Part shown: piece after piece, positions 40,997-56,040 of the stretch
Layout: each line of letters begins with the position of its first letter
How positions within the stretch are numbered: position 1 is the stretch's first letter
Assembly: GCF_006345805.1 (NCBI RefSeq)
Contig: NC_043000.1
Span: 123,008,001-123,072,000, forward strand
Origin: Octopus sinensis
Taxonomy: Eukaryota
Reading direction: 5' to 3'
Length of the DNA stretch: 64,000 nt
Translations under genes and position numbers: made by a program
Notes under the pieces: model-generated
Seen by the model: the letters and a program-made list of their open reading frames with translations, nothing else
Database searches by the model: none
What the model was told of the DNA's origin: nothing

Positions 40997-41296
40997 ACAT
41001 ATATGTATGCATACGTGCGCAGACAAAGATGCAGCTTCCTCAAAGAATTGGAGCTTTCACTCAGACATATACAAACTAATATAAAATCTCACATAAACAA
41101 AAGAAAAACTATTTCAAAAACGAAGATTTATTTAAGAAAAGTAACAGGATATATGCATGGTATACCACTGATGGTCAGCTACAATAGGAAAGACAATACC
41201 TTCTAGATTAAGATGAGTTGGGTTTGGAAGTTTGAAATCAAAGAGTAAAGCATGAAGTGCAGAGAATATACACATTTAGTATTAGTTTTTCCTATA

Positions 41297-41467
41297 GGCG
41301 CAGGAGTGGCTGTGTGGTAAGTAGCTTTCTTACCAACCACATGGTTCCGGGTTCAGTCCCACTACGTGACACCTTGGGCAAGTGTCTTCTACTATAGCCG
41401 CGTGCCGACCAAAGCCTTGTGAGTGGATTTGGTAGGAGGAAACTGAAAGAAGCCCGTCGTATATATG

Positions 41468-41502
<35 letters not shown>

Positions 41503-41660
41503 GTGTGTGCGTGTTTGTGTGTCTGTGTTTGTCTCCCCAACGTCGCTTGACAACCAATGCTGGTGTGTTTACCTCCTCGTAACTTAGCGGTTCGGCAAAA
41601 GAGACCGATAGAATAAGTACTAGGCTTACAAAGAATAAATGACTGAAACAAGGAAAAGAG
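41297..41660 (+). mobile_element. SINE family B with internal 3' deletion
   Basis: Collinear with 37061-37483 but lacks the segment between GAATAA and AATGACTG. Confidence 0.92.
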
Positions 41661-41999
41661 TATACATTATAAAGTTTATTAAGATTTTTTAAGTTGTTGG
41701 TAGCCACGTATTTCATCATTTTTGTGAATCGTCAACGAGGCAAATAAATTGCACAAAATTAAACATTTTATAAACTTAGACAATTCTTATAGAGATAATC
41801 TAATTTACATTTTGAAAGGCATTCAGTAGATGTGTTTATATGTATTTCTGCTGAAGATAAAGTGTTTATTCCAATATACTAAAATAGGTTCTCAAATTTT
41901 CAAGTTTAACCCAAAATTTTGGGTTTAAAGTCTCGTTTTGTATTTCAAAATTAGTTTCTAATACTTCGATAGCTTTGATGGCATGTCAGTGATATGAGT

Positions 42000-42069
42000 T
42001 TGTGTGTGTGTGTGTGTTGTGTGTGTGTGTGTGTGTGGTGTGTGTGTGTGTGGTGTGTGTGTGTGTGTG

Positions 42070-42116
<47 letters not shown>

Positions 42117-42300
42117 GTCTGTCTGTGTGTTTGTCTCCCGCCACCGTTTGACAAGTGGTGCTGTTTGTTTAAATCTCCGTAACTTAGCAGTTCGGCAAGA
42201 GAGGAAGATAAACCAAAAGCTAGACTAAAATCTTTTCAAGGCAGTGCCCCAGGAAGACCGTAGTCTAATGACTGCAACAAGTAAAAGATAGAGATAAAAG
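42000..42300 (+). mobile_element. 3' half of SINE B after (GT)n/(GTCT)n
   Basis: TGTTTGTCTCCC..GCTGTTTGTTTAAATCTCCGTAACTTAGCAGTTCGGCAAGAGAG..AATGACTGCAACAAGTAAAAGA. Confidence 0.8.
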
Positions 42301-43264
42301 ATATATGTAAACATGTCTGTGTGCATATTATTTACGTTTGTGGTGTATGTTTAGATGCGTCTATATATTTGTGTAGTTCTATAAAATGTGCGGTTATACA
42401 GTGTGGTGTATATAACATGCTTTTTTTTGTCTGCGAAATGATGCATATAGTGTTCGTATAAGTGTAAGTATGTGTGTGTAAATATATTTATGTCTGTGAT
42501 GTGTGTGTAGATTTTGGTAGAATAATTAAGTCTAAATCTAAAATATAGCATGATGAGCGCACAACATCCTTCAGAAGCAAGATTCTATTCAATATTACAA
42601 CGATGTCAGGTGTTTCATTAAAGTCTTCATGTAGTGCGATTAGGAATAGAAAACGTTTTTACGCAACTCGATATTTTTTTCCATTTCAAAACCTCTTATT
42701 TTGTGTTTATCAACATCTATTCTCTTTTCATCCCTACTCCCTCCCTCCAATCTTTCACTATACCTCTCTGTATTCCTCTCCCTTCCACGCTTTGTCTCTC
42801 TTTTTTTTTTTCTATATTTTAATATTTTTTTTCCGTGCTTTACAAGCTTCTATTCCAAGAAAATTATAACCTTATACGCAAAGGTAAAAAGAAAAAAAAC
42901 TTCATAATTGATTCCTGAAAATCATTCATCTCTTTTTTATCATCTTTCTTGTTTTTACTATTTTCTACTTCTCTTCTCACACGCTCTTACTCCTCTCTCT
43001 CTATCTATCATCTATCTACCTATCTATCTATCTCTCACTCTCTCTCTATCTATCTATCTATCTATCTACCTATTTATCTCTCTCTCTCTCTTCAATTCTC
43101 TCACACAGCACTCTCTCTTATATTCGTACATAGCATCTCTCTAAAAAGAAAACGGAATATTCCTCGTATTTCTTCTTTACATGCAGCTTTCTTTTTATAT
43201 TTCATTTTTATATTCGCTTACCTATGTAATTAAGTAAATAAATAACTAAATAAATGATAAAACA

Positions 43265-45040
<1,776 letters not shown>

Positions 45041-45417
45041 TTAGCACCGCAACACTAGTTGTTGCTATTGTTGGTAGCAGTTTTTTGGTGGCGATGTAAC
45101 TAGTGATGTTGTAATCGGTTTTTTAAAAAAATCTCAAGTATAATGAATCTGTTAGCTATTAATATTTTGATCGATATTAATAGCTAACATAATTTCGTGG
45201 TCGATATTACGCTTGCTTTATATCACGTTCGTATAGCGTTTTTGTTATGGACATTTATGTAGTGATATATCTTGTAAGTAGTAATTATTGTCGTCTCATG
45301 TGGTATCAATCACTAATTTTTCTAGTATTTTACCCCATTAAAGGTTCTGAAACACAATATTTGGGGAGTTTTTGTTATCATTCAGGTTTCTTTGTTACAT
45401 TTACTTCTTAAATATAC

Positions 45418-45760
45418 AGACGCAGGCATGGCTGTGCGGTGAAGAAAGTTACTTTGCGAGCACACAGTATAGGGGTCAGTCAAGTGGGCTGACCAATGTC
45501 TTGTGAGGGAATTTGGTAGCCAGAAACTCTTTGAAAGCCCATCATGTGTGTGTGTGTGTGTGTGTATGTGTGTGTGTGCGTGCGTGCGACAGAGAGACAG
45601 ACAGACACAGAGAGAGAGAGAGAGAGAGAGAAATCGAACGGAATTCTATATTCATTTATAGATCTCGGAAGGATGAAAGACAAAGATGACCTTGGTGAGT
45701 TCACAACGCAGAGAGCCGAACAAATACTGCAAGGTATCGTATCTGACCGTCTCGACGACT
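45418..45760. mobile_element. Decayed SINE B head (+) followed by decayed SINE A fragment (-)
   Basis: GACGCAGGCATGGCTGTGCGGTGAAG..GTGAGGGAATTTGGTAG..GAAAGCCC; then GATCTCGGAAGGATGAAAGACAAAG. Confidence 0.6.
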
Positions 45761-46716
45761 ATAAAGTAAAAAGGGAATAACACGCTGGAGATCCTTGATC
45801 TAGAGACACTACGACCGAACATAATAGGGTGGGTTGGTCGCCATTGAAAAGTTTTGATTTTAAGTCTCAAGTCTGCACGACCGGAGCTGAGCTTTAGTTA
45901 AGCAACAATAGCAGCTGTTAAAAACTGTTAAAAATCTTTCGTCTCGTTTTGTAAGAGCGAATTATCTTACCTTATTTCAAAATAATCAAACATCATTATA
46001 TATTTATTTGTACATTCATTTATTTAGTTGTTCATTTGTTTGTTTGCAAATTCATTCATTTATTTGTTTATTTGTTTCCGTTCAGATTTTGAACCTTTTA
46101 AATAGTGTTGTAGCTAATGATCGTTAACTCCTGCATCTCTGCAAAACTAGATTCTGGAAAACAATACCTAATTACAGATTTTAATACTTCATTAAGAATG
46201 CTAATAGGGCTCGGTTTATTGAGAAAGAGAACAAAAAACAACACTAATGAGCTCTTTAAGTGAACGGTATTATAGTTGTTTTTCTTGTCGTTTTCCTTTC
46301 ATTTCATTTCCTTTTTTTTTTTTTTTGGCCTTTTGTAATATGCAGGATTAACATTCTATGACATTCTGTCAAATTCTCTCATGTTTATAGTTGGTTCTCA
46401 AATAAGACTGTCGGAATTGATGCTTGCCTGAAACAATATCAGAGAGAGCCTTGCCGGTTGCGCTTCAATTCTTACCTGTTCCACATTTGATATTTTTTTC
46501 TTTTTTTACTCTGTGAGTCGGATGTATTTTGGATAATCGAAGACAATGCAAGTTTACCAAAAGTAACTAGTGAGTCAGACGTTGAGTTTCGAAATAAAAC
46601 TAGTCTGTAGTTAACGATTCGTAGTATTATGTTTGTTTTCTACATGAATATTCAATGGATAATTAATCCTACGTTTGAAACGATATTTTATCTAATAGGT
46701 GTTATCTGCTGTTATA

Positions 46717-47050
46717 GACGCAGCGTGGTCGCATGGTTAAGAAGCTCGCTTTGCAAGCATGAGGTTCTGAGTTCGACCCCAATGCGTGGTACTTGAGCAA
46801 GTGTCTTTTATCATTGCCTCGAGTCAACCCAAGCCTTGAAAGGGAGATTGGGTAAACGGAAACTGTATAGAAGTTCATCGGATGGTTTATACCTGTAATG
46901 CAAAGGTGCTGACTTGTCGCACAGTGTGTCGTGGTAATTTCGGCTGAGAATTGCATTAAGGGAAACGTGTCTGGGGAATACTCAGATATTTACACATTAA
47001 TTCAATGAACAGGTAATTCATTTGTTCAAACAACTGTGTCCTCACCGTCG
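46717..47050 (+). mobile_element. Old chimeric SINE: head B + tail C
   Basis: Head GACGCAGCGTGGTCGCATGGTTAAGAAG..CTTGAGCAAGTGTC..GGTAAACGGAAACTG; tail GCTGAGAATTGCATTAAGGGAAACGTGTCTGGGGAATACTCAG..ATTAATTCA. Confidence 0.7.
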
Positions 47051-50000
47051 AAATCGACTAAGATTTGTTTACTATTTCATCTATTATCCTTGATCTGCTT
47101 GATGTCATACGACTGTAGCCAAGATGGCCAATAACCTGTCCTTTCCTACTTTAATACTGAAATATGATTTCTGTAATATATCCAGTAATCATTCAGTTTT
47201 CGATCAGAATAAAGCGAGTCTTGAACAGATATGGACTAAAATCCTTGGGCTGAATAGTGAAGCTCATAAAGTAATGTAACGATAAGATTTACTGATATTT
47301 TGAACCCTTGTTTTATTATAACTGCTCCCGAAAAACAGGGCGTCAATCCATTTCACCTTTTTTTGTTGTTGTTGTTTATTTCTTCTCATTTAGTACTCTG
47401 TTTTTCTCATTTTCTTTATAAAACTTCTTTTCTGCTTATTAACTACACTGTTGCCCCACTCTTTTTATACTTACTGCTATATTTTACTACCCTCTCTTTT
47501 CAACTCTTTGTGCTTTATTTGTACCACTGTCTGTTTCCTTTCCCAAAACTTTTAATCTTTCTACAGGCATTTGATTGTTATAAACCAAAAAGGAGTCATT
47601 ACACTTGAAAAACAACCCTATTTTTTGTTGTTTTTTCATCTATATCCGAACTTGAAAGCAAAAACAAATTGGAAAAACACTTAACACTATTTTGAAAATC
47701 TTTCCTCCCAGTTTCCATCGATTATTCTCCTATTTGTTCCGGTTTCCTTAATTAAGAACCTATCATTCATTCAGGAATACAAACCTGCCTACTTAACTGA
47801 TAATATACGCCACAGGTTTAAGTTGCTCGGAAGATATTAATAGTTATAATTACTCGATTGTTTTCAGCTGGACGCATCAAAGAGACAGCTGATCTGCTGT
47901 CTATTACATTAGTTGCTTCCGATCATATGACAAGCGTTAGTTCCTCAATACTTTACAAAATACCGACCAAACCAACATAACCAGTTGGTTACAGGCACTT
48001 TGCCAATAAAAATATCAGTGCTAAAATAGAGGAGACGTATTAAACTTTACTCAAGATCCAACAATTTGGCGTTTAAATCCACACAGGCTGAGTAATCAAT
48101 AAATACAGTCGCAAACCAGTTACCATGACAACAATCAGCTTTGCAACCCTATTTTTTTTTTCCAAGCCAACAATTTGCCATTATCACTCACTCAGTAGCA
48201 AATGGAAAGTCAATAAATACTGTGAAAAGCTTCGTGGATAATAGTTTGCTCTCTTTATTCATTCGCTGATATTAGTGAATTAATAAACTGGAAAAAAAGT
48301 AATCCATCTTTTTCAACTATGCTTACCACCATTTTCATATCAACCCATTCTAATAGTCTGTTTCATATCATCACTAACCTAACAGTCTCCGCCACCAAAA
48401 CCACTATTTTCCTTTCCCATCATTACCAGATATCATTGAATACCGCCTGCTGCAGTCAGTGCGATCGCTATTACAAGCAATTGTTATACATTTCAGTATT
48501 TACTCTTCATATGTCAAATACAATATATTCAGTACTGAATCGTGACAATATCTGTGATATTCCAGTGTCAATGTATATACAATTTTGCCTTATATGTTAA
48601 AATTGCGTTTTGAGATTGCAATAGTAGAAGTTGTATTAATTTTAAGCATATGTGCTCTACGCTCTTCCTATTCATCTGTATTCACAATACATTCCTTTGT
48701 ACTACTCCCACCTACACAAATATGCACACACAAGAAAGAGAAAGGAAAAGTGAGAATTTATAAAAGAGAGAAAGGAAAGGAGAGAGTTGTGCCCTCTGTG
48801 TTTATTCGTTCAACTGCCTGTACATTGTTTTGCTGGTAGACAGATCGATGCAGTTGGCAAACTTTATCAAAACTGAAGTATGGTTTATTGTTATTAACTC
48901 ACGCCATTGTCATTTGTTTAACGACCAGATATTTAAAGAGATGCAATTCTCTCGCAATTCATTGTCACTGGAGCATCATGTGAAAATTTCAATCGCTAGC
49001 AGTGTGTTGAACGCAGATTAACCCGACTGTGCTCATTCATCTACAAATCTTACATAAATAGCAGGATTTGAACTTGGCATTGTGATCTAACGAAATCAGC
49101 AGCAGTTATACAGTGCACATACAGTATGGAACATTTTTATAGCCAGGTAACTGAATCACCTGAAACTGTCTTGGACAAAAATCAATGCTGGTGAATGAGA
49201 TACGAACCATAGATCTTCTTTAGAATGTGCCGATTTTCGTGCTGTAGCTCTCGCTGATGTAATTAACCATGCGATAAAATAGCGTTGAGAAAAATTTTAA
49301 GATTCTAAATTACTAACACATGGAATAGAAAATTAAATAAACGGAACAATAGTTTATTTTGCAAATGTCGCCTTGTTCTAAAACTAACTTCAATTCTAAT
49401 AGACTAATGGATACAACAAGTTATATTCCCATATGAATTATACATTGAAACCGGTCAAAAACGTTGGTTTTAAGAAAATTATATGAAATAGAGTTCATTA
49501 AGAATAATTACTTTTATTTTGAAATAACGGTTTCAATATTTTATTGAAAGTCTATATTGATTATGTTTCCATAAGCGTATACGGGTGTATGTGAAAGTAT
49601 GATTATATATTTCTGTGTGCGGAGGATAAGTGTATTGAGGTGAGTCATTTTACTTCGGAGATTATCTTATCATGGTCATTATGTAAAGTATTAAGATAAC
49701 GGTGTAATTCTTTACCGATTCAGCGATAAATTTCACTGATATTTTTTAATGTTTTCCGTTCGATAATGGGGAAGATTTTCCAACCATTATGCTTCAGTAT
49801 ATTCTTTGATTATAACTGACAGGCTAAAACTAAAGTGTCAGCATCAATTCGATTGCTTAAAATTTTGGTTTAGTTATTGCCAACAGATATAAGAGAATCG
49901 ATTTTGGAACCTGCTAGAATGATATTCTTCTAATATTGTGTTGAATTGTACGAATGAAATGAAGAAATGTAATGGCTTCTTAAATTTGTAATCTTCCATT

Positions 50001-50804
50001 AAAGAAGAAAATATAACTGAAAAATTGTCATTTTCCACGCTTCGATACTTCGGATGAAAATTAAGAAAGGCTTTTAAATAGTGAATAGTTTTATTCTTTT
50101 TTTTTTTTCGATTTTAATTCTCAAAATAAATCATGATTTCTAAGCTAGATCTAGGCATCTTATACAGTAACAAAGCATAAGTACTTTTTACTTCCGAATC
50201 ATTCCAAACCCAGTAGTTATCAAAAGATTCCTGACAATAGCAATCACAAGATATAAAGTTTATCTCTTCTATAAAGTGTTTTGATAGATCAAACTGTGAA
50301 ATCCATTCTTCTCCCACAATTTATTTCAATGGTTATTGTTATGATAAATTATTATTATCCTCATCGTCGTTATCATTGCCATCATCACTATCATTTTCGT
50401 TATTTTTTTCTCTTTAAATGGAGATGGCTGAAACAGTAGACTGTACTGTTGTATATAATTTTGCTCTCGTTGGTTTGAGTTCAAACGTATACAAATCTTG
50501 CCATGCCATAATTGAATTTGTGTATAACCAATAAACTGCGTTAGATTCCCTCAAAACGAGTCGATAGACCAGTCTTGCATACGTTGCTCATCTTCTTCAG
50601 AAAAGATATTTATAACCATAGTAACTTCTAGTTTTCTGCACTAAAAATCTTTGGTGTTTGTTCCCCAAAGACAAAACACCTATGTTAGGAATTCTAGTTC
50701 ACATAGGAGTGGTAAGGTCACGGTTTATCAATTCAGCAATCAAACCAAATCTTGCCTGAAATCATCACATTCACTCTTCTCTTCTCCTGTAGTTATAAAT
50801 TACC

Positions 50805-50894
50805 CTTCGAGGACACAATGCGCCGCCGGTAATCGAACTCACAACCTTACGATCATAAGCCGAATACCCTACCCACTAAGCTACGCGCCTTCAC
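50805..50894 (-). mobile_element. SINE head D (tRNA-like), 3'-truncated
   Basis: Reverse complement GTGAAGGCGCGTAGCTTAGTGGGTAGGGTATTCGGCT..GAGTTCGATTACC..GCGCATTGTGTCCTCGA, with A and B boxes. Confidence 0.85.
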
Positions 50895-50925
50895 AAACAT
50901 ACCCATGATCCAAGGCACTCCAGTT

Positions 50926-51245
50926 GTGATGGTTTAGTGGCTAGGATATTCGGCTCATGATCTTGCGATCGTAAGTTCGATTACCTACGGTGCGTTGTAT
51001 CCTTGAACAAGACACTTTATTTCACGTTGCTCCAGTTCACTCAGCTGCCAAAAATGAGTTGTACCTCAGCTGAAAAAATGAATACCTGAAGTTCAATGAG
51101 CCAGTCTTGTCACATTCAGTCTCCTTGAGAACTGTGTTGAAAGTATGCGTGTCTGTGGATTGCTCAGTCACTTGCACGTTAATTTCACGATCAGGCTGTC
51201 CCGTTGATCGAATCAAGTAGAACACTTGTAACCTACGGAAAGACA
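50926..51245 (+). mobile_element. SINE head D + tail C
   Basis: GGTTTAGTGGCTAGGATATTCGGCTC..AAGTTCGATTACC..TGTATCCTTGAACAAGACACTTT; tail CTCCTTGAGAACTGTGTTGAAAGTATGCGTGTCTGTGG..CTCAGTCACTTGCACGTTAATTTCACG. Confidence 0.85.
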
Positions 51246-52089
51246 AACCAGGGTCTTAACTCGCAAGGTGACCTCAATAGAGCTGGATCTACAAGAGAAG
51301 TGCCTTGAAAAGTCTGTAAAGGACTAGCAGTTAAGCAGTAGAAACTATGCCAAAACAGATTTGATACCAAATTGGGACGCTTTGCGTTGCAGGATTAATA
51401 CCTTACGTAAAAATATGGACGTTTAACAGTTGGTACCTCATAACTAATGAAAGCAAATATCAACCTCTCTATTATTATTTACATGAAAACTATGATGTAA
51501 TACTGATGCAGTTATTACTATGGCATTTACTACAATTATAATCTTAAGTCAGTTTGGTAGTCTCTACGAAGTCACTTCGACTGCGATACATATCAGCCAA
51601 AGCGCCCTCAAATCACACACAATACTCATAAAAAGGGAAGGACAGACTGGATGAAAGAAAATTTGGGTGGTTGATCACAGCTGAAATACCTTGGGTAATT
51701 GGGATGTTTGCACAGGGCTGGCCTGGAGCTATATAACGAGAACAACCAGTATTGCACTTTATTCAACTGATCGCCGTAGAAAAGAGATCTGTTCACATTG
51801 ACCTGTATCCGTAACTTTATTTCTAGGTCACACTTCATCCATTTTATTTCATTTCAAACGTGAAATACTTTGGAAATTATATGAATGACACAGATTTACA
51901 TTTTCTTTCCATGAAAATTCCATGATTCTATAACAATATTTAGAAAACTTGCTACGTATCTACTACAAAATTTGATTATTTATTATATCACGTCAGAAAC
52001 AGTATATATGCATTTTTTTCATGTATGCATTTACATTTGTATATAATTATCTATTTATATAAGTCTTTGAGTGAGTATGTGTGTGGAGT

Positions 52090-52231
52090 ATGTATCTATG
52101 ATCGGACGGACGGACGGGCAGACGGAGAGATGGATGGAAGGATGGATGTTTATATGTATACGTCGAAATCGACGAGAAACCACAATAAACTTATGTGTGT
52201 GCATATATGAATATATAATATGTGTGCAGGC

Positions 52232-52293
<62 letters not shown>

Positions 52294-52322
52294 GTAGGTA
52301 GGTAGGTAGGTAGGTAGGTAGG

Positions 52323-52414
<92 letters not shown>

Positions 52415-52440
52415 CGGACGGACGGATGGATGGATGGATA
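52090..52440. repeat. Compound tetranucleotide microsatellite (GACG/GATG/GATA/GGTA)
   Basis: Direct reading. Confidence 0.95.
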
Positions 52441-53105
52441 GATGTGCCTATTAGGTATACTTTCATTTAATTTTTTAAGTTAATTCAGAGTAAAAAAAAA
52501 AATACCATTTTAAGCCTTCACATAAATCCGACAACAGGAAGACAATGTCAACTACCAGATCACCCATCAGCTGATAATTAAGCGGAAACTCGACATTATA
52601 ACAGTCTCGTCATAAACGGATCCCCACCACTTACTTAAGGAAACCAGAAACATAAAGCACTACTTTAAGATTTTGTACATCAGGCTGGATAGCTAACTTC
52701 CTTAAGCAACGTTACGACGTCTAAACATATACAATACCAAAATCAAAAATTATTAAAACAAATACGCATAAGGATTCAAGCCAAATAAAGAACCACGCAC
52801 ACTCACACAAACACATAAAGAAAAACATACGCACACATTAGAAACACACACATACATACACACACATACGTGTTGAAAATCAGAAGATGATTCACTTGAG
52901 TGTAACTTGGAGTTTCGCTCAAAGTATACATGTGATCAGTCAGGCAATATAAGATATGTTAGTTGATTATCATTCATCATACTGTGCTCCGTGATAGAAT
53001 ACATTGCAAATAAAAGTATAACAGGCTGTCCTGCTATGGAATTAGGGAGATTACTTAAAATGCCACCGTCGCCCAAAATATCTTCTAATGAACGTCGCTT
53101 ACATA

Positions 53106-53339
53106 CCTATTTCTTTACTACCCACAAGGGGCTAAACACAGAGAGGACAAACAATGACAGACAAACGGATTAAGTCGATTATATCGACCCAGTGCGTAAC
53201 TGGTACTTATTTAATCGACCCCGAAAGGATAAAAGGCAAAGTCGACCTCGGCGGAATTTGAACTCAGAACGTAACGGCAGACGAAATACGGCTACGCATT
53301 TCGCCCGGCGTGCTAACGATTCTGCCAGCTCGCCGCCTT
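53106..53339 (-). mobile_element. SINE A (tail 1), 3' part of the 5S-SINE chimera
   Basis: Near-identical to other family A copies (9365-9597, 54720-54944). Confidence 0.95.
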
Positions 53340-53352
53340 AACAATGTGTTAC

Positions 53353-53470
53353 GCTTGCTGCACCTAGGTTTCCCAAGCGGCCACCCATCTAAGTACTGAC
53401 TAGGTTCGACGTTGCTTAACTTCGGTGATCGGACGAGAACCGGTGCTTTCAACGTGATATGGCCGTAAGC
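53353..53470 (-). rRNA. 5S: Full-length 5S rRNA copy, probably a retrotransposed pseudogene
   Basis: Minus strand GCTTACGGCCATATCACGTTGAAAGCACCGGTTCTCGTCCGATCACCGAAGTTAAGCAACGTCGAACCTAGTCAGTACTTAGATGGGTGGCCGCTTGGGAAACCTAGGTGCAGCAAGC (118 nt) matches the metazoan 5S pattern. Single copy, no oligo-T terminator, and the C box reads TTAGATGGG instead of TTGGATGGG. Confidence 0.95.
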
Positions 53471-54519
53471 AACGTCACTTACATATATTTAAAAGGAACA
53501 ATCATTAGAGCTGTTTTCACACGTTTCCCTATTTATTTCTCATTAGCATTTACAAGGTATTTATCTCCTAATGTTTTATTAAATCTGAATGTGCAAAAGA
53601 ACATAAGGAAACATAAACTGGATGAGGTGACAGAATCTATAAAACTATATAATGTATTCGGTGAAAACAGGCAATATGCTCAAAATACAATCATAAATAT
53701 AATCAAAGCGATATACGCATTCGTTTTGATAGCTTTGCAGCATAATGTTTTTCTTTACTGTCACAGCACTGAGTAATGTTTTTCTCGAACACATTACAAA
53801 TCTTTGCATTTCTACTGCAGCAATCTCTATACCCAAAGAGAAATTATCAGCTTGACAGACCGTCTTCCTTTTCGCATGCAAAACTTCGCTAAAACTTCGC
53901 TCAAAATTCCAATAATCAATTTCAATTAACTCATCACACCATTACTTTTTCAACTGTGCCAGACGTAGCATTCAATGAATTGGCATCGAAATAATCCCTG
54001 GCACTACAACAAATTACCAATGGAAATATGTCAGATAATATTCTAAACCCATCCCTAATGTCTGCACCAGTGGGTTATCTGCAAATCGATCTCTTGCAAT
54101 CCTCCTGTCATTCAGCATTCTAATTTCCTCCGTAGATGCTCTCCAATATATCAAAGCAGCGAGGTATAATGAACTTTTGAAAAATGTCTTTCCTGCTCTC
54201 TCGGTTTATCAGAATTATTAACAAACATGCTATGAAGATTACTACACAGTGTTACAGACATTATTAAATGGGGTTACTGGCATTACTAATCATGGCGGTT
54301 GCTAAACAGTTTTCAAAACAGTATTGTACGAATTACTACGAAAGGCTGATGATATTGGAGACTGTTGATTGAAAACATGATTAAGTTAAAAGTTGAAGCA
54401 ATTACTACCTATTATTGTTATTATTAACTAAGAAATGTTATTGTAGTTACAGAGCTAGGTTATTTCACTAATGATAAATAGAACTATATATAAACATTTC
54501 CTACTACAAATACACTAAA

Positions 54520-54944
54520 TATTCATTCATTTCTTTATTGCCCACAGAGGGCTAAACATAGAGGGGACAAACAAGGACAGACAAACGGATTAAGTCGATT
54601 ACATCGACCTCAGTTATCAACTGGTACTTATTTAATCGACCCCGAAAGGATGGAAGAGAAAGTCGACCTCGGCAGAATTTGAACTCAGAACGTTACGGCA
54701 GACGAAATACCTGTTTCTTTATTACCCACAGAGGGCTAAACATAGAGGGGACAAACAAGGACAGACAAACAGATTAAGTCGATTACATCGACCCAGTGCA
54801 TAACTGGTACTTAATTTGTCGACCCCGAAAGAATGAAAGGCAAAGTCGACCTCGGCGGAATTTGAACTCAGAACGCAGCGGCAGATGAAATACCGCTAAG
54901 CATTTCGCCCGGCGTGCTAACGATTCTGCCAGCTCGCCGCCCTT
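54520..54944 (-). mobile_element. Dimeric SINE A (full + headless unit)
   Basis: Junction AAAGAAACAGGTATTTCGTCT (minus, ~54700-54720); TSD CAAATACACTAAA at 54507-54519 and 54945-54957. Confidence 0.93.
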
Positions 54945-55769
54945 CAAATACACTAAAATATATCCCACACAGTATATACACTCTTCTTCACACAAATCAG
55001 TTAAGCAGTTTCTCTATCGCTAATCTTTTTCAAGTATCTACTAATGAGAGAGAGTTTATACTCCACATCGGCCAATCCATCATATTTCTAAACAGTATGA
55101 ACTAATCATAGTTGAGAAAATCACCAACAAAAACAAAAGTGTTATCTCGATAAAGATAAAGACTTGTAAAATCTGGAATTCTTCGACATTCAATGTAAAT
55201 CACCACAACGCTTAATTTTTAATGGAGGCAATGCATCAAAATTACAAAAAGGTTTTCTATTCAATGTAAGTTAATAAATTCTTCTTTTCCAATTACATCG
55301 AATATTTCTTGCTGTCTCTAGATTTAGTAAATTCCATTTCCTCTTACAATTTAATACCGATAGTTTTGGCATTCGTACCATCCATTATTCAGCATCAACA
55401 ATACAGTTTTTCCAACTTTCAAACTTCATGCTCTGTCAACCACAACTGTTTCTAAGTCATTCCATTAATTTGATTTTTTACAAGTGCGCGTCATGTACAG
55501 TTCCCTCACTAAAATAGGAAGCTCGCTTTTTAGTGAATAAAATGAGCAAGCCCTCTTTATCACGCAGGATGGTTAATTTACATGGGACAACCACAAGTTT
55601 CTTATGAGCAACTAATAAAAATTAATAAAGTACATGTGGAACCAGGTGACATTTTCCAGTGGCTGATTCTTAATGCCAGAATATTTGGGATTGCTTTCTA
55701 TACTGAAATAGAATAATAGAATAATTAAGCAATTTACTAATACAGAAGAAAATAGCAAATACAAAACTA

Positions 55770-55770
55770 T

Positions 55771-55801
<31 letters not shown>

Positions 55802-55808
55802 TATATAC

Positions 55809-55882
<74 letters not shown>

Positions 55883-55963
55883 ATACATACATACATATAT
55901 ATATATGTATGTATGTATATATGTATGTATATATGTATGTATGTATGTATGTATCTATGTATG

Positions 55964-56040
<77 letters not shown>
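55770..56040. repeat. (TA)n/(TATG)n microsatellite
   Basis: Direct reading. Confidence 0.95.

Noticed and set aside
48119-48132. GTTACCATGACAAC, an RFX X-box-like motif
   Set aside because: A single imperfect motif with no identified promoter; can occur by chance in 64 kb.
51742-51752. TATTGCACTT, the miR-92 family 5' sequence
   Set aside because: Downstream bases do not match miR-92 and there is no hairpin; it lies in a decayed repeat.
53353-53470. Functional 5S gene or 5S array
   Set aside because: Single copy, no T-run terminator, C-box substitution, and enclosed in a TSD with a SINE; kept as a retrocopy.
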